Source of the DNA: an uncultured Saprospiraceae bacterium
GTDB lineage: Bacteria > Bacteroidota > Bacteroidia > Chitinophagales > Saprospiraceae
Assembly: GCA_937973995.1 (NCBI GenBank)
Contig: CALJIQ010000215.1
Location: forward strand, 1-56,246
Reading direction: 5' to 3'
DNA length: 56,246 nt
A program made the translations under genes and the position numbers. Within the stretch, counting starts at the first letter, position 1. Each line of letters opens with the position of its first letter. Below are positions 11,292-20,568 of this stretch, piece by piece. A model generated the notes under the pieces. That model was not told the DNA's origin and searched no databases. It was given only the letters and a program-made list of their open reading frames with translations.

Positions 11292-11462
11292 AATTATTTA
11301 TTAATATTTTAAAAATATACTTTTTTAAAAATTATTAGCTAACTAATACTTTGATACTTCGGCTAATCCCTCTAATTGGACGAGACTAATCCCCCAGTTG
11401 GAAGGACTTTCTCGTCGAACTCTCGTAGTCCGGCGAGAAAATCTTGAAGTACAAAAGTGGAA

Positions 11463-11771
11463 TTAGTAAGCCAATCGACCCCTACCTTTTTCTTTATGAC
11501 GCTTTAATTGTCTTTTTAATGCAGGTACACAGGAATCAATTGCTTTTTCAAATGTCTTTCGTGTTTCTTTAATAACAATGGTTTGACCAGGGACTTTCAG
11601 ATAGACTTCTACAATCTTGTCCTTGATTTTACCAGCATTTTCTAACTTCATCACTACTTCGACACCAATAATTCTGTCAAAAAGCTTTTCTAGTTTGCTC
11701 AATTTTTGTGTGATAAATTGAATTAGCTTTCTGTCTGCTGTAAAGTGAACTGCTTTAGTTTGTACTTTCAT
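11463..11771 (-). CDS. hpf: Ribosome hibernation-promoting factor (short HPF/RaiA family)
   Basis: 102 aa. The pattern ...HFTADRKLIQFITQKLSKLEKLFDRIIGVEVVMK...ETRKTFEKAIDSCVPALKRQLKRHKEK is typical of the S30AE/HPF family. Confidence 0.88.
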   Translation of the reverse strand: MKVQTKAVHFTADRKLIQFITQKLSKLEKLFDRIIGVEVVMKLENAGKIKDKIVEVYLKVPGQTIVIKETRKTFEKAIDSCVPALKRQLKRHKEKGRGRLAY

Positions 11772-11873
11772 AGCAATAATTTAAGGTGTTAATAAATAGG
11801 TTTCAGAAAAATCGCTTGTTACAGTGTTATGAAAGACCTTTCTGCCAATGACTTGTTCATTGATTGAAGATCT

Positions 11874-12767
11874 TTAATTTTTTGCCTTGGGGTGGGCTTG
11901 TTGATAAATCTCTTTTAGGCGATCAATTGTATTATGGGTGTAAATCTGAGTGGCAGCTAGACTAGAATGCCCTAATAGTTCCTTAATAGCATTCAAATCA
12001 GCTCCATTATTGGAGAGGTGAGTGGCAAAAGTGTGTCGGAGTATATGAGGGCTTCTATGCTCCTGCGTGGTAACGTAAGACAGATATTTTTTGACTAAGT
12101 TGTACACAAACTTCGGATACATGGGCTTTCCCTTATCCGTCAAAAATAACTGCCCGATCTCTAATAATTCTGGAAAGGTTGTTTTTCTTAGTGCTAGATA
12201 GTCGTTAATCAGCAAACGTAATTGTCTGTTTATAGGAATCAACCGCTCTTTATTCCCTTTCCCTAGTACTTTGATTAGTTGGTTTTGGAAATCTATATCA
12301 GATATTTGAAGGTGTATTAATTCGGATCGCCGAATGCCAGTTTGGTACAATATTTCTAATAATAGCTTATCACGCAGTCCTTTAAAACCTTCAGGAAAGG
12401 TAATTTCCTCCAACAATAAATCCATTTTTTGTTCCTCTACGAAAGCAGGTAGTCGTTTACCTGTTTTAGGAGAGATTACTTTCAACATCGGATCTAATTC
12501 TATCTTTTCTTTTTTAAGTAGAAATTGGAAAAGTGATTTTAAAGTGGAGAGCTTACGGTTAATAGATTTGGGGGACATCCCATCTTCCATTAACTTGATA
12601 ATCCAACTGCGAATCTGGATATGAGAAATCTCTTTATTGGAAACCTCCCCATAAGTGGCGAAAACATAAGTCTGAAATTGCTCTAAGTCATTTTGATACG
12701 CAGTAATCGTATGAGGAGAGAATCTTTTTTCAAAACGTATATACGATAAGAACAAATCAAACTTCAT
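11874..12767 (-). CDS. Tyrosine-type site-specific recombinase (XerC/XerD-like)
   Basis: 297 aa with an N-terminal SAM-like domain and the catalytic motifs GIRRSEL, HILRHTFATHL and LGHSSLAATQIYTH. Confidence 0.9.
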   Translation of the reverse strand: MKFDLFLSYIRFEKRFSPHTITAYQNDLEQFQTYVFATYGEVSNKEISHIQIRSWIIKLMEDGMSPKSINRKLSTLKSLFQFLLKKEKIELDPMLKVISPKTGKRLPAFVEEQKMDLLLEEITFPEGFKGLRDKLLLEILYQTGIRRSELIHLQISDIDFQNQLIKVLGKGNKERLIPINRQLRLLINDYLALRKTTFPELLEIGQLFLTDKGKPMYPKFVYNLVKKYLSYVTTQEHRSPHILRHTFATHLSNNGADLNAIKELLGHSSLAATQIYTHNTIDRLKEIYQQAHPKAKN

Positions 12768-12868
12768 ATAGGCTAAAGACTTAAATTACGGTTTGGAAGG
12801 AAGTAAATTATATCCTAAATTTAGTCAAATTTTATTGTAAATCAAACTTTACCTACCACAAAATTGAA

Positions 12869-13297
12869 ATGAAAAAAGAAAGAAAGGGGAAGCATTTTAT
12901 CAAAAAACCAATCTACCAAGGCGGTCCAGCTGCTTTAAAGCAGTTTATTAGCCAACAAATGCAATATCCTGAAGAAGCATTGAGCAAAAAAAAGGAAGGT
13001 ACCGTACTCATACGATATACCATCAATCATAAAGGAAAAGTAATTGAAACCAAGATTATTTCAGGGTTAGGATTTGGGTGCGATGAAGAGGCAGATAGAC
13101 TGGTAAGACTGTTAAAATTTGTAGTACCGAGGAATAGGGGCGTTAAAGCTATCTTTCACAAGGAACTACATATCCACTTTCGCTTACCTAAGACAAAAGA
13201 TACATCTGTCCAATATCAAATCATTCCTAAAAAGAAAGAAGACCCTGCGCCCATTCAAAAGGAAGAAGGCGGTTATACGATTACGATTAATTGGTGA
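12869..13297 (+). CDS. TonB C-terminal domain protein (no obvious membrane anchor)
   Basis: 142 aa. GGPAALKQFISQQMQYPEEALSKKKEGTVLIRYTINHKGKVIETKII matches the TonB_C fold signature. Confidence 0.6.
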   Translation: MKKERKGKHFIKKPIYQGGPAALKQFISQQMQYPEEALSKKKEGTVLIRYTINHKGKVIETKIISGLGFGCDEEADRLVRLLKFVVPRNRGVKAIFHKELHIHFRLPKTKDTSVQYQIIPKKKEDPAPIQKEEGGYTITINW

Positions 13298-13521
13298 AGG
13301 TTGGCATTGTGGCGTTTTGGTTTTGTGGCGTTTTGGCTGCAATTCAAAAAAAGAGGCACTCCAAAGAGTACCTCAACTCATTATTAACCTAAAAATTAAT
13401 TTTTATAAAAAAAAGCTAAATAACATTAGCTTTGAATAATTCGTTTTATTATTTAGACCCTATAAAGTTACTAATATTAACAATAATTCCGCCTCTTTTC
13501 TATTACTAAACAAAAAAAAAC

Positions 13522-14199
13522 ATGGCATCTCGGTATTTTTTTGCAATAGTTGTCTGGTTACTACTGTTATTTGCGTCCCATCTTACTGCTCAAAAGAACG
13601 AAGTTTTACTCACCAATAGCAAGAAAATTAACACAGATCGATATAAAGGTATTCTTGACTCCCCTTATCTATTCGACGAATGGCACTCCGGTACTATTTT
13701 TAGCCAAAATGCTGATAAGATTGAGGCTAATTCGTTTAATTATAACGCCCATACCAATACCTTCGAAATTCAGGAAGGAGATCGGTTTATTGAATTGGAC
13801 CCTGCTTGGTATGTGCGGGTGGTCTTAACTCCCGAGGCAACCGATCCTATTATTTTTCAAAAAGCCTTCCATCCCACTTTGAATGGACAATTCATGCAGT
13901 TATTGTATGATGGAGAAGGCCAATTATTTAAGCAAGTAGAATCCAATATATCTGAAAAAACTTTTCAAGATGTAGGTCAAACTAGACAGGTTAAAAGGTT
14001 TGTGAAAAGAACTACTTATCATTGGATAAAAGGAGGAGCATTAACCAGCTTCAAATTAAATAAAAAGCAAATCCTAAAGTCTTTACAACATAAAAAGGCG
14101 CTAGAAAAATATATCAAACAGCAAAAATTAAAACTGAATAAAGAGGAGCATTTGGTTCTGTTAATGTCCTTTTTTGACGAAGGAGGTTTTATGCCTTAG
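13522..14199 (+). CDS. Hypothetical secreted protein
   Basis: 225-aa ORF with an N-terminal signal-like segment (FFAIVVWLLLLFASHLTAQ). I recognise no family. Confidence 0.6.
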   Translation: MASRYFFAIVVWLLLLFASHLTAQKNEVLLTNSKKINTDRYKGILDSPYLFDEWHSGTIFSQNADKIEANSFNYNAHTNTFEIQEGDRFIELDPAWYVRVVLTPEATDPIIFQKAFHPTLNGQFMQLLYDGEGQLFKQVESNISEKTFQDVGQTRQVKRFVKRTTYHWIKGGALTSFKLNKKQILKSLQHKKALEKYIKQQKLKLNKEEHLVLLMSFFDEGGFMP

Positions 14200-14253
14200 T
14201 TATTTCCTATCCTCAAGAAGCAATTGTACTTTTGCACTTAAAAAAGAGCTAGA

Positions 14254-17200
14254 ATGAGAAAATTGCTTCTACCTGTATTCCTATTATGTCTGCTAGCTTG
14301 TAATACTTCCGAAGAGGATAGATCTTCTACCACTTCTAAGAAGGATGTCCAAATTTTTCAAAAATTAAACAATAACAGCATTGGTATTGACTTTAGTAAC
14401 ACGCTCAAAGAAGAGGTGACTACTAAAGAGAATTTGTTAGATTTTGATTATTTCTATAATGGCGCAGGAGTAGGTGTAGGTGATATAAATAATGATGGCT
14501 TAGTGGATCTATTTTTTGCTGGCAATCAGGTGGACAACAAGCTATACCTAAACAAAGGCAATCTAACATTTGAAGACATTAGTGATAAAGCAGGGATCAA
14601 TATCAATAAACATTGGTCGAATGGCGTAAGCTTCGCAGATGTCAACCAAGATGGCTGGCTAGATATATATGTTTCTCAAGGAGGACCTAAAGACGAACGG
14701 GCTAATTTATTATACATCAATCAACAAGATTTAACCTTCCAAGAAAGTGCCCAAACCTATGGTTTAGCAGATAGAGGCATTAGTACCCAATCTGCTTTTT
14801 TTGATTATGATAAGGATGGCGATTTAGATGCCATCGTAATGAATGAAACTCCTTTGTATGGAGTTGATCCCCTCAATTTTTATAAAATCATTGGTACTAG
14901 AGAAGAGTTACTACATCCTAGCTGTAGCCATTTATATGAAAATCAAGATGGAAAATTTATTGATGTCACTGAGCAAGCTGGTTTGTTAAAACCAAGTTTT
15001 GGATTGGGTTTAGCAGTAAGTGATCTCAATGAAGATGGTTGGTTAGATATTTATATTGCCAATGATTATTACCTTCCTGATGCCTTGTATATCAATCAAC
15101 GAAATGGTTCTTTCTCAGATGAAGTAAAAAATAAAACCCAACAGATTTCTTTCTATGGAATGGGCGTAGACATTGCAGATGTGAATAACGATGGGCATCA
15201 AGATATTTTTGTATTGGATATGGCTTCACAAGATCACTATCGAGCCAAGACCCTGATGGCCTCTATGAGTACGGAGAACTTCGATATGCTCACCAAGCGT
15301 TTCCGATTTCCCTACCAATATATGTTCAATACCTTGCAGCTTAACACTGGCAATCAACAATATAAAAACGTGGCACATTATGCAGGATTAGCTAAAACGG
15401 ATTGGAGTTGGGCAGGCCTAATGGAAGACTTCAATAATGATGGCATCAAGGAAATTTTTGTTACCAATGGCTATAGAAAATATGCGCTTGATAACGATTT
15501 TAAGAAAATGGTGGACGATGCTAGAGAGATGTACAACGGCGCTATTCCAATAGCGGTTAAAAGAAAACTATATGAGCAAATGCCTACTGAAAAATTAGCC
15601 AATCTACTCTACGAGAACCAAGGAAATTTGCAGTTCAAAGATAAAGCAGATACTTGGGGACTTGGTCAGCCTAGTTATTCTAATGGGGCGGCTTATGCAG
15701 ATTTGGATATGGATGGGGACTTAGAGTTAATCGTCAATAATATTGATGAGCAAGCATTTGTGTATAAAAATCTATCCATTGAAAAAGGACTAGGTAATTA
15801 TCTAAAGATAGCGGCTACTGATTTTGCCAAAGTAACTATTCAATACGATGGTAAAATCCAAATGTCTGAAGCTAAAACAGTGCGTGGATATCTCTCCTCT
15901 GTCGACAATCTTATCCACTTTGGAGTAGGAAGCACCGAGATAATTGATACCCTTATTATTGATTGGTTGGATGGCGAACAAACTATAAAGTATGAGGTGG
16001 CGGTTAATCAGGTACTCGAAGGTAAAAACCTTATAAAGGAACGACGTTCCTCTGAGGATCGTCGTTCTTTAGTCCAACAAATCAATCAAGTTTCCATTGG
16101 AAAATTAAAATTGACCTACCGACATAAAGAAAACATCTTTGATGATTTTAAAAAAGAAATCCTCCTTCCTTATAAGCAATCAACACTAGGTCCTTGTATC
16201 AGTAAAGGAGATATTAATGGTGATGGATTAGAAGATATTTTCATTGGTGGAGCGTCGGGTCAAGCTGCTCAACTTTTCCTGAATGAAGGGCAGCAATTTA
16301 GAAAAATAGAAAATACTTTTTGGCAAGCGGATGCGATCTATGAAGATATGGAAGCGCTCTTTTTTGATTATGAACAAGATGGGGACCAAGATATATATGT
16401 CGTAAGTGGAGGTAATGCTTTTGAGCCAAATTCTGAAAATTACCAAGACCGTTTGTACCTTAATAATGGGCAAGGAAAATTTTCTAGCGCAAATCTAACC
16501 CTACTAAATAATCAGCATTTCAGTGGTAAGACTATTTGCGGTATAGATTATGACCAAGACGGAGATACGGACTTAATAGTAGGTAACCGCATCATACCAC
16601 AAAACTATCCTAACGCCGCTCCTTCTTTAATACTTCAAAATGAAGGTGGAGCATTAAAAGAAGTAACTTCCTCCATTGCCCCTGACCTATCCAACTTTGG
16701 GATAATTAATAAAATAATTGCTACCGATTTTAATAATGATGGCTGGCAAGATTTTATAGCGGTGGGAGAATGGACAGCTATTGGTATTTTCAAAAATAAT
16801 AGAGGTACGTTTGAAAATATTTCCGCCACTAGTAATTTAGACCAAGAAAAAGGTTGGTGGTTTACGGTTGGTGAGACAGATATTAATAATGACGGCCTAA
16901 AAGATTACCTGGTAGGTAATGTTGGTTTAAATACGAAATTCAAAGCTAGTACCAAAAAACCATTTAAGGTTTTTGCGAATGACTTTGATAATAATGGCAC
17001 AACTGATATAGTACTCAGTAATCCTTACAAAGACAAATATGTGCCTGTCAGAGGCAGAGAATGCTCTTCCCAACAAATGCCTTTTATCGCAGAAAAATTT
17101 CCAACTTACGATGCCTTTGCCAATGCCTCTATGGAAGATATTTATGGAAGCAAACTAGACAGTGCAGTAGCATATGAAGCAACTACTTTTAACTCTATTT

Positions 17201-17571
17201 TACTGCTTAATGAGGGTAATGGGAATTTTATAAAAGTAACTCTTCCTGCTGCTACGCAAACCGCCCCTACCCTATCTGTTGTGTTTCATGATGTAAATCA
17301 GGATGGATTTGAAGATGCTATTTTAGCGGGTACGATTTACCATACGGAAGTGGAAACACCTCGTTGGGATGGTGGTACGGGATTAGTTTTATTTTCTAAT
17401 CAAAAAGATGGTTATACCATTCCGACTGAGAATTCTTATATTTATATTTCTGGTGATGTAAAAGATTTGGAAACGGTCCAATTAGCGAATCAGACCATCC
17501 TAATTGCTGGGCGTAATGATAATTTATTGGCGGTATATGAGTTACCTCGCTGGCTGTCGCCAGCTCAGTAA
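14254..17571 (+). CDS. FG-GAP/VCBS repeat + ASPIC/UnbV domain lipoprotein (CRTAC1-like)
   Basis: 1105 aa with the lipobox LLCLLAC. It has many D.N.DG..D calcium-type FG-GAP repeats (DINNDGLVDLFF, DVNQDGWLDIYV, DYDKDGDLDAIV and others). A UnbV/ASPIC-like segment is present (VTIQYDGKIQMSEAKTVRGYLSS). Confidence 0.82.
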   Translation: MRKLLLPVFLLCLLACNTSEEDRSSTTSKKDVQIFQKLNNNSIGIDFSNTLKEEVTTKENLLDFDYFYNGAGVGVGDINNDGLVDLFFAGNQVDNKLYLNKGNLTFEDISDKAGININKHWSNGVSFADVNQDGWLDIYVSQGGPKDERANLLYINQQDLTFQESAQTYGLADRGISTQSAFFDYDKDGDLDAIVMNETPLYGVDPLNFYKIIGTREELLHPSCSHLYENQDGKFIDVTEQAGLLKPSFGLGLAVSDLNEDGWLDIYIANDYYLPDALYINQRNGSFSDEVKNKTQQISFYGMGVDIADVNNDGHQDIFVLDMASQDHYRAKTLMASMSTENFDMLTKRFRFPYQYMFNTLQLNTGNQQYKNVAHYAGLAKTDWSWAGLMEDFNNDGIKEIFVTNGYRKYALDNDFKKMVDDAREMYNGAIPIAVKRKLYEQMPTEKLANLLYENQGNLQFKDKADTWGLGQPSYSNGAAYADLDMDGDLELIVNNIDEQAFVYKNLSIEKGLGNYLKIAATDFAKVTIQYDGKIQMSEAKTVRGYLSSVDNLIHFGVGSTEIIDTLIIDWLDGEQTIKYEVAVNQVLEGKNLIKERRSSEDRRSLVQQINQVSIGKLKLTYRHKENIFDDFKKEILLPYKQSTLGPCISKGDINGDGLEDIFIGGASGQAAQLFLNEGQQFRKIENTFWQADAIYEDMEALFFDYEQDGDQDIYVVSGGNAFEPNSENYQDRLYLNNGQGKFSSANLTLLNNQHFSGKTICGIDYDQDGDTDLIVGNRIIPQNYPNAAPSLILQNEGGALKEVTSSIAPDLSNFGIINKIIATDFNNDGWQDFIAVGEWTAIGIFKNNRGTFENISATSNLDQEKGWWFTVGETDINNDGLKDYLVGNVGLNTKFKASTKKPFKVFANDFDNNGTTDIVLSNPYKDKYVPVRGRECSSQQMPFIAEKFPTYDAFANASMEDIYGSKLDSAVAYEATTFNSILLLNEGNGNFIKVTLPAATQTAPTLSVVFHDVNQDGFEDAILAGTIYHTEVETPRWDGGTGLVLFSNQKDGYTIPTENSYIYISGDVKDLETVQLANQTILIAGRNDNLLAVYELPRWLSPAQ

Positions 17572-17579
17572 ATAGGGGT

Positions 17580-17645
17580 TTAGGAGGCAGAGGTGTTATA
17601 AATGGGCTTTAAAAAGCCCATTTATACCACCTCTGCCTCCTAAGA
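17580..17645. repeat. Nested, near-perfect 66-nt palindrome downstream of the CRTAC1-like gene
   Basis: The outer arms TTAGGAGGCAGAGGTG / CACCTCTGCCTCCTAA (16 bp) enclose TATAAATGGGCTTT / AAAGCCCATTTATA (14 bp). Confidence 0.85.
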
Positions 17646-17744
17646 ACCATTTTGCGAGACGCCGCAGGCGGCGAGCAAAATCAACTGCACCGTGGCTTTG
17701 GAGAAAATTATCATTTTTTTGTACCTTTATTGAAAACTAAATAT

Positions 17745-18320
17745 ATGGTTGCCATTTCAAAAAAAGTAGCTCCCAAACCACCTAAGAAAATTTCTTGGGA
17801 AACTTTTCAGAAAAGATACTTAACCAAAGAAAACGGCTATAAGTATGAGTGGCTGGATGGTATAGTTGAGAAAACACCATACGCTATGAATAAAAACCAA
17901 TTTTACATCTTACAGAATATTCTAGATTTCTTCTATTCTTTAAAGATCAAGTCAAAATTTAAAGGAAGTTTAATACCCGAAGGAGACACCTTTTTTGGTA
18001 AACACCACAGAAGGCCAGACATAGCATATTACACACAACAGCAAATAAAAGATGCTTCTAATGATCTTGATGCCATCCCCCTTTTTGTAATTGAAGTAAT
18101 ATCTACCAGTGACCAAATGAACAAAGTACACCATAAAATGAATGATTATCGAAATGCAGGTGTTTCAATCGTTTGGCATATATTCCCCGAATTAAAAGAG
18201 GTACATGTATACACCAAAAAAGCCACTCAAATGAAAATCATAAAAGGAAAAAATTTATGCTCCGCAGAACCAGTGATAAAAGGATTTAAGATTTCTGTTG
18301 ATGATATTTTCAAACAATAA
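17745..18320 (+). CDS. Uma2 family (DUF820) putative endonuclease
   Basis: Starts at MVAISKK (ATG at 17745). Motifs YEWLDG, RRPDIAYY and VIEVISTSD are typical of the Uma2/PD-(D/E)xK family. The upstream part of the track ORF crosses a palindrome and is unlikely to be coding. Confidence 0.72.
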   Translation: MVAISKKVAPKPPKKISWETFQKRYLTKENGYKYEWLDGIVEKTPYAMNKNQFYILQNILDFFYSLKIKSKFKGSLIPEGDTFFGKHHRRPDIAYYTQQQIKDASNDLDAIPLFVIEVISTSDQMNKVHHKMNDYRNAGVSIVWHIFPELKEVHVYTKKATQMKIIKGKNLCSAEPVIKGFKISVDDIFKQ

Positions 18321-20181
18321 AAACAAGCTAGTTTGTTTTCTTTCCTGGATTAAAAAGGGAGGAGAAACCTTAAAGGCTTCCTATTCCTTTCTGCTTTTAT
18401 GTTTCTTAAGTACCAACTTATACTTAAACGCCCAAATTAACTTTCAAGAAATAGCTTCTCAATATCAAGTTAACCACCGCTTTGCGCACAATACTATTGG
18501 CGGAGGCATTTGTGTCTATGATTTTGACAAAGACGGATTGGATGATTTAACCTTATCCTCAACCAAAGGACAGCCTATTGGATTCTATAGAAATACAGGA
18601 AATGGCTTTGAACAACTTTCGCTAATCGAAGAAAACCAAGAAACGGTTAAGCAAATGAATTGGGTTGATTTCGATAATGATGGAGACGCAGATTTGTATG
18701 TTGCTGCGAATGATGGTATTAGCCGCTTGTATGAAAATAAAGGCGATTTGCAGTTGGTGGATATTACTGAAAAAAGTGGTTTACCATTGACCGTTCATTT
18801 TGGATATGGAGCTTGTTGGGGAGATTATAATCGAGATGGTTGGTTGGATTTATATTATGCCTCCAAAGGGATAATCGGCAACCCTGATTTCATAAAAAGC
18901 TATAACCGATTATTTAGGAATAACGCGGATGGAACTTTTACAGAACAGACCTACGAAGCGAATGCGCATGATGAAGATAAACTCCCTTTCTGTGCAGTTT
19001 TCCTAGATTACAATAATGACAAATGGCCTGATATTTATATTGCCAATGATAAATTGACCTTCAATACTTTATTAGCTAACAGAGGAGGATTCTTTGAAGA
19101 TATTAGCATTTCCTCTCGATCAAATGCCCGCATGAACGCCATGTGCGTAAGCCCAGGCGATTATAATCGAGATGGCTGGACAGATATTTATATTACCAAT
19201 ACGCCAATTGGTAGTCATTGCCTTGAAAATAGTGGTGTTTTAAATGCCTCTGGTTATATAAGATTTGAAAATGTTGCTATGGAAAATGGGACTGCTTTCG
19301 TTGGAGGTAATTGTTGGGGAGCGAATTTCTTTGATGCAGAAAATGATGGAGATTTAGATTTATATGTGACGAGTTCTATCCTTCAACCCAAGGAATTATC
19401 TAGTGCGTTTTTTGAAAATATAGAGGGACATCATTTTGAATCTCCGTTGGTTGAAGGCTTCGCTAGTGATACCAGTAATAGTTTTACCAATGCTATAGGC
19501 GACATCAATGGAGATGGTTTGCAAGACATCGTTGTACAGAATAATCCCGTTGACCCTTTCTATATTTTTGAGAATCAATCTACTACTACCAACAACTGGA
19601 TTAAGATACAGTTAGAAGGGGTGAAAAGCAATCGGGATGGAATAGGAACTAGAATCGAACTATATGCAGATTCTTTGTATCAAATGCACTATACCTTGTG
19701 CGGATCAGGTTTTTTAGGACAAAATTCTAGCTATAAGCATTTTGGTATGGGAACTCATACAACCGTGGATTCTATTATCTTGACTTGGTCAACTGGACAT
19801 ATAGATCAATTTTATGATTTACCCGTCAACCAAATCCATTTCCTGCAAGAAGGATCCAGTACCAATAACCAGATTCAAATAGACGAACCTATTAGTATTA
19901 AAGAAAGGCCTATTAGCACTTCTTCTTACGATCTTTTTATTTCTAATGACTTACTGATATACCCTAATCCTGCTTCTCAATGGATAACATTTAATAGCAA
20001 ATTTTTCCCAACGAAAATTGAATTTCTATCAACGGAAGGAAAAATAATGGCCTCCTTTACCGATACTAAACAAGGGGATGCCATAGATATTACAGATTTC
20101 CCCAATGGTATATACTTGGTTAAATTTTGGCTAAATGACAAGCAATATCTCGTCAAAAAATGGGCTAAATTTTCTCAATAA
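18301..20181 (+). CDS. FG-GAP/ASPIC (CRTAC1-like) protein with a type A T9SS C-terminal sorting domain
   Basis: FG-GAP repeats (DFDKDGLDDL, DFDNDGDADLYV, DYNRDGWLDLYY and others). UnbV/ASPIC segment (NRDGIGTRIELYAD..GSGFLGQNS). C-terminus LLIYPNPASQWITFN...GIYLVKFWL is a Por-type CTD. The start is uncertain; ATG 18301 overlaps the Uma2 gene end by 20 nt. Confidence 0.8.
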   Translation: MIFSNNKNKLVCFLSWIKKGGETLKASYSFLLLCFLSTNLYLNAQINFQEIASQYQVNHRFAHNTIGGGICVYDFDKDGLDDLTLSSTKGQPIGFYRNTGNGFEQLSLIEENQETVKQMNWVDFDNDGDADLYVAANDGISRLYENKGDLQLVDITEKSGLPLTVHFGYGACWGDYNRDGWLDLYYASKGIIGNPDFIKSYNRLFRNNADGTFTEQTYEANAHDEDKLPFCAVFLDYNNDKWPDIYIANDKLTFNTLLANRGGFFEDISISSRSNARMNAMCVSPGDYNRDGWTDIYITNTPIGSHCLENSGVLNASGYIRFENVAMENGTAFVGGNCWGANFFDAENDGDLDLYVTSSILQPKELSSAFFENIEGHHFESPLVEGFASDTSNSFTNAIGDINGDGLQDIVVQNNPVDPFYIFENQSTTTNNWIKIQLEGVKSNRDGIGTRIELYADSLYQMHYTLCGSGFLGQNSSYKHFGMGTHTTVDSIILTWSTGHIDQFYDLPVNQIHFLQEGSSTNNQIQIDEPISIKERPISTSSYDLFISNDLLIYPNPASQWITFNSKFFPTKIEFLSTEGKIMASFTDTKQGDAIDITDFPNGIYLVKFWLNDKQYLVKKWAKFSQ

Positions 20182-20195
20182 TAATGCTCCATTCT

Positions 20196-20257
20196 CGTCG
20201 GATGGCTACGCCGTCCGATGAGAAGGCGTTCCCATCGGACGGCGCAGCCATCCGACG
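20196..20257. repeat. Family C GC-rich palindrome (GTCSGATG words), full copy
   Basis: CGTCGGATGGCTACGCCGTCCGATG and CATCGGACGGCGCAGCCATCCGACG pair at 24 of 25 positions around a 12-nt loop. It lies immediately after the stop codon of the upstream gene. Confidence 0.88.
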
Positions 20258-20308
20258 GGAGCGTATAATGGTATTTTACCTTCAATTGGGTATGAGCGTA
20301 ATGGTTAG

Positions 20309-20363
20309 ATGGTTTGATGGCTTGATGGCTAATGACACGTTGACCATCAAGCAATCAAACCAT
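20309..20363. repeat. Family D palindrome (TGATGG / CCATCA words), copy 1
   Basis: ATGGTTTGATGGCTTGATGGCTA ... TGACCATCAAGCAATCAAACCAT. Confidence 0.82.
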
Positions 20364-20419
20364 GAGTCCACTCTAAAAACACAATTTGGTAAACATATAG
20401 GCAAATAGATCACATAGTT

Positions 20420-20458
20420 AGATGTATAAAAAATTAATTCTTATTTTTTTATACATCT
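20420..20458. terminator. AT-rich hairpin in a convergent intergenic region (candidate bidirectional terminator)
   Basis: AGATGTATAAAAAA-TTAATTCTT-ATTTTTTTATACATCT. It is flanked by the inverted pair GAGTCCACTCTAAAAA (20364-) and TTTTTAGAGTAGACTC (20491-). Confidence 0.45.
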
Positions 20459-20568
20459 GAAAACTCTGCGTCTCTGCGTTCATTTTTGACTTTTTAGAGT
20501 AGACTCAGCAATCAAACCATCATCACGAAATCATTTTTCACCTGATATTTGCTCAAACAAAAGTCAAC

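Noticed and set aside
11405-11416. GAGAAAGTCC on the minus strand, resembling the RNase P RNA GGAAAGUCC core
   Set aside because: The surrounding sequence lacks the other conserved RNase P blocks and the ~350-400 nt of structured context. It lies within 170 nt between hpf and its terminator.
11874-12767. Tyrosine recombinase next to a tRNA cluster as a sign of an integrated element
   Set aside because: There are no flanking direct repeats of a tRNA 3' end and no phage or conjugation genes. The recombinase-hpf-tRNA-tuf arrangement is, to my recollection, common in Bacteroidota. The protein looks like a Xer-type housekeeping recombinase.
17652-17744. Upstream extension of the Uma2 ORF (MRDAAGGEQNQ...)
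   Set aside because: It starts at a non-ATG codon inside the GC-rich palindrome 17650-17680. The family-typical sequence begins at the ATG at 17745.
20184-20408. 74-aa ORF (MLHSRRMATPSDEKAFPSDGAAIRRE...)
   Set aside because: It is encoded entirely by the family C and D palindromes; the mirror-image peptide PSDE...PSDG reflects the DNA symmetry. It lies in a convergent terminator region.
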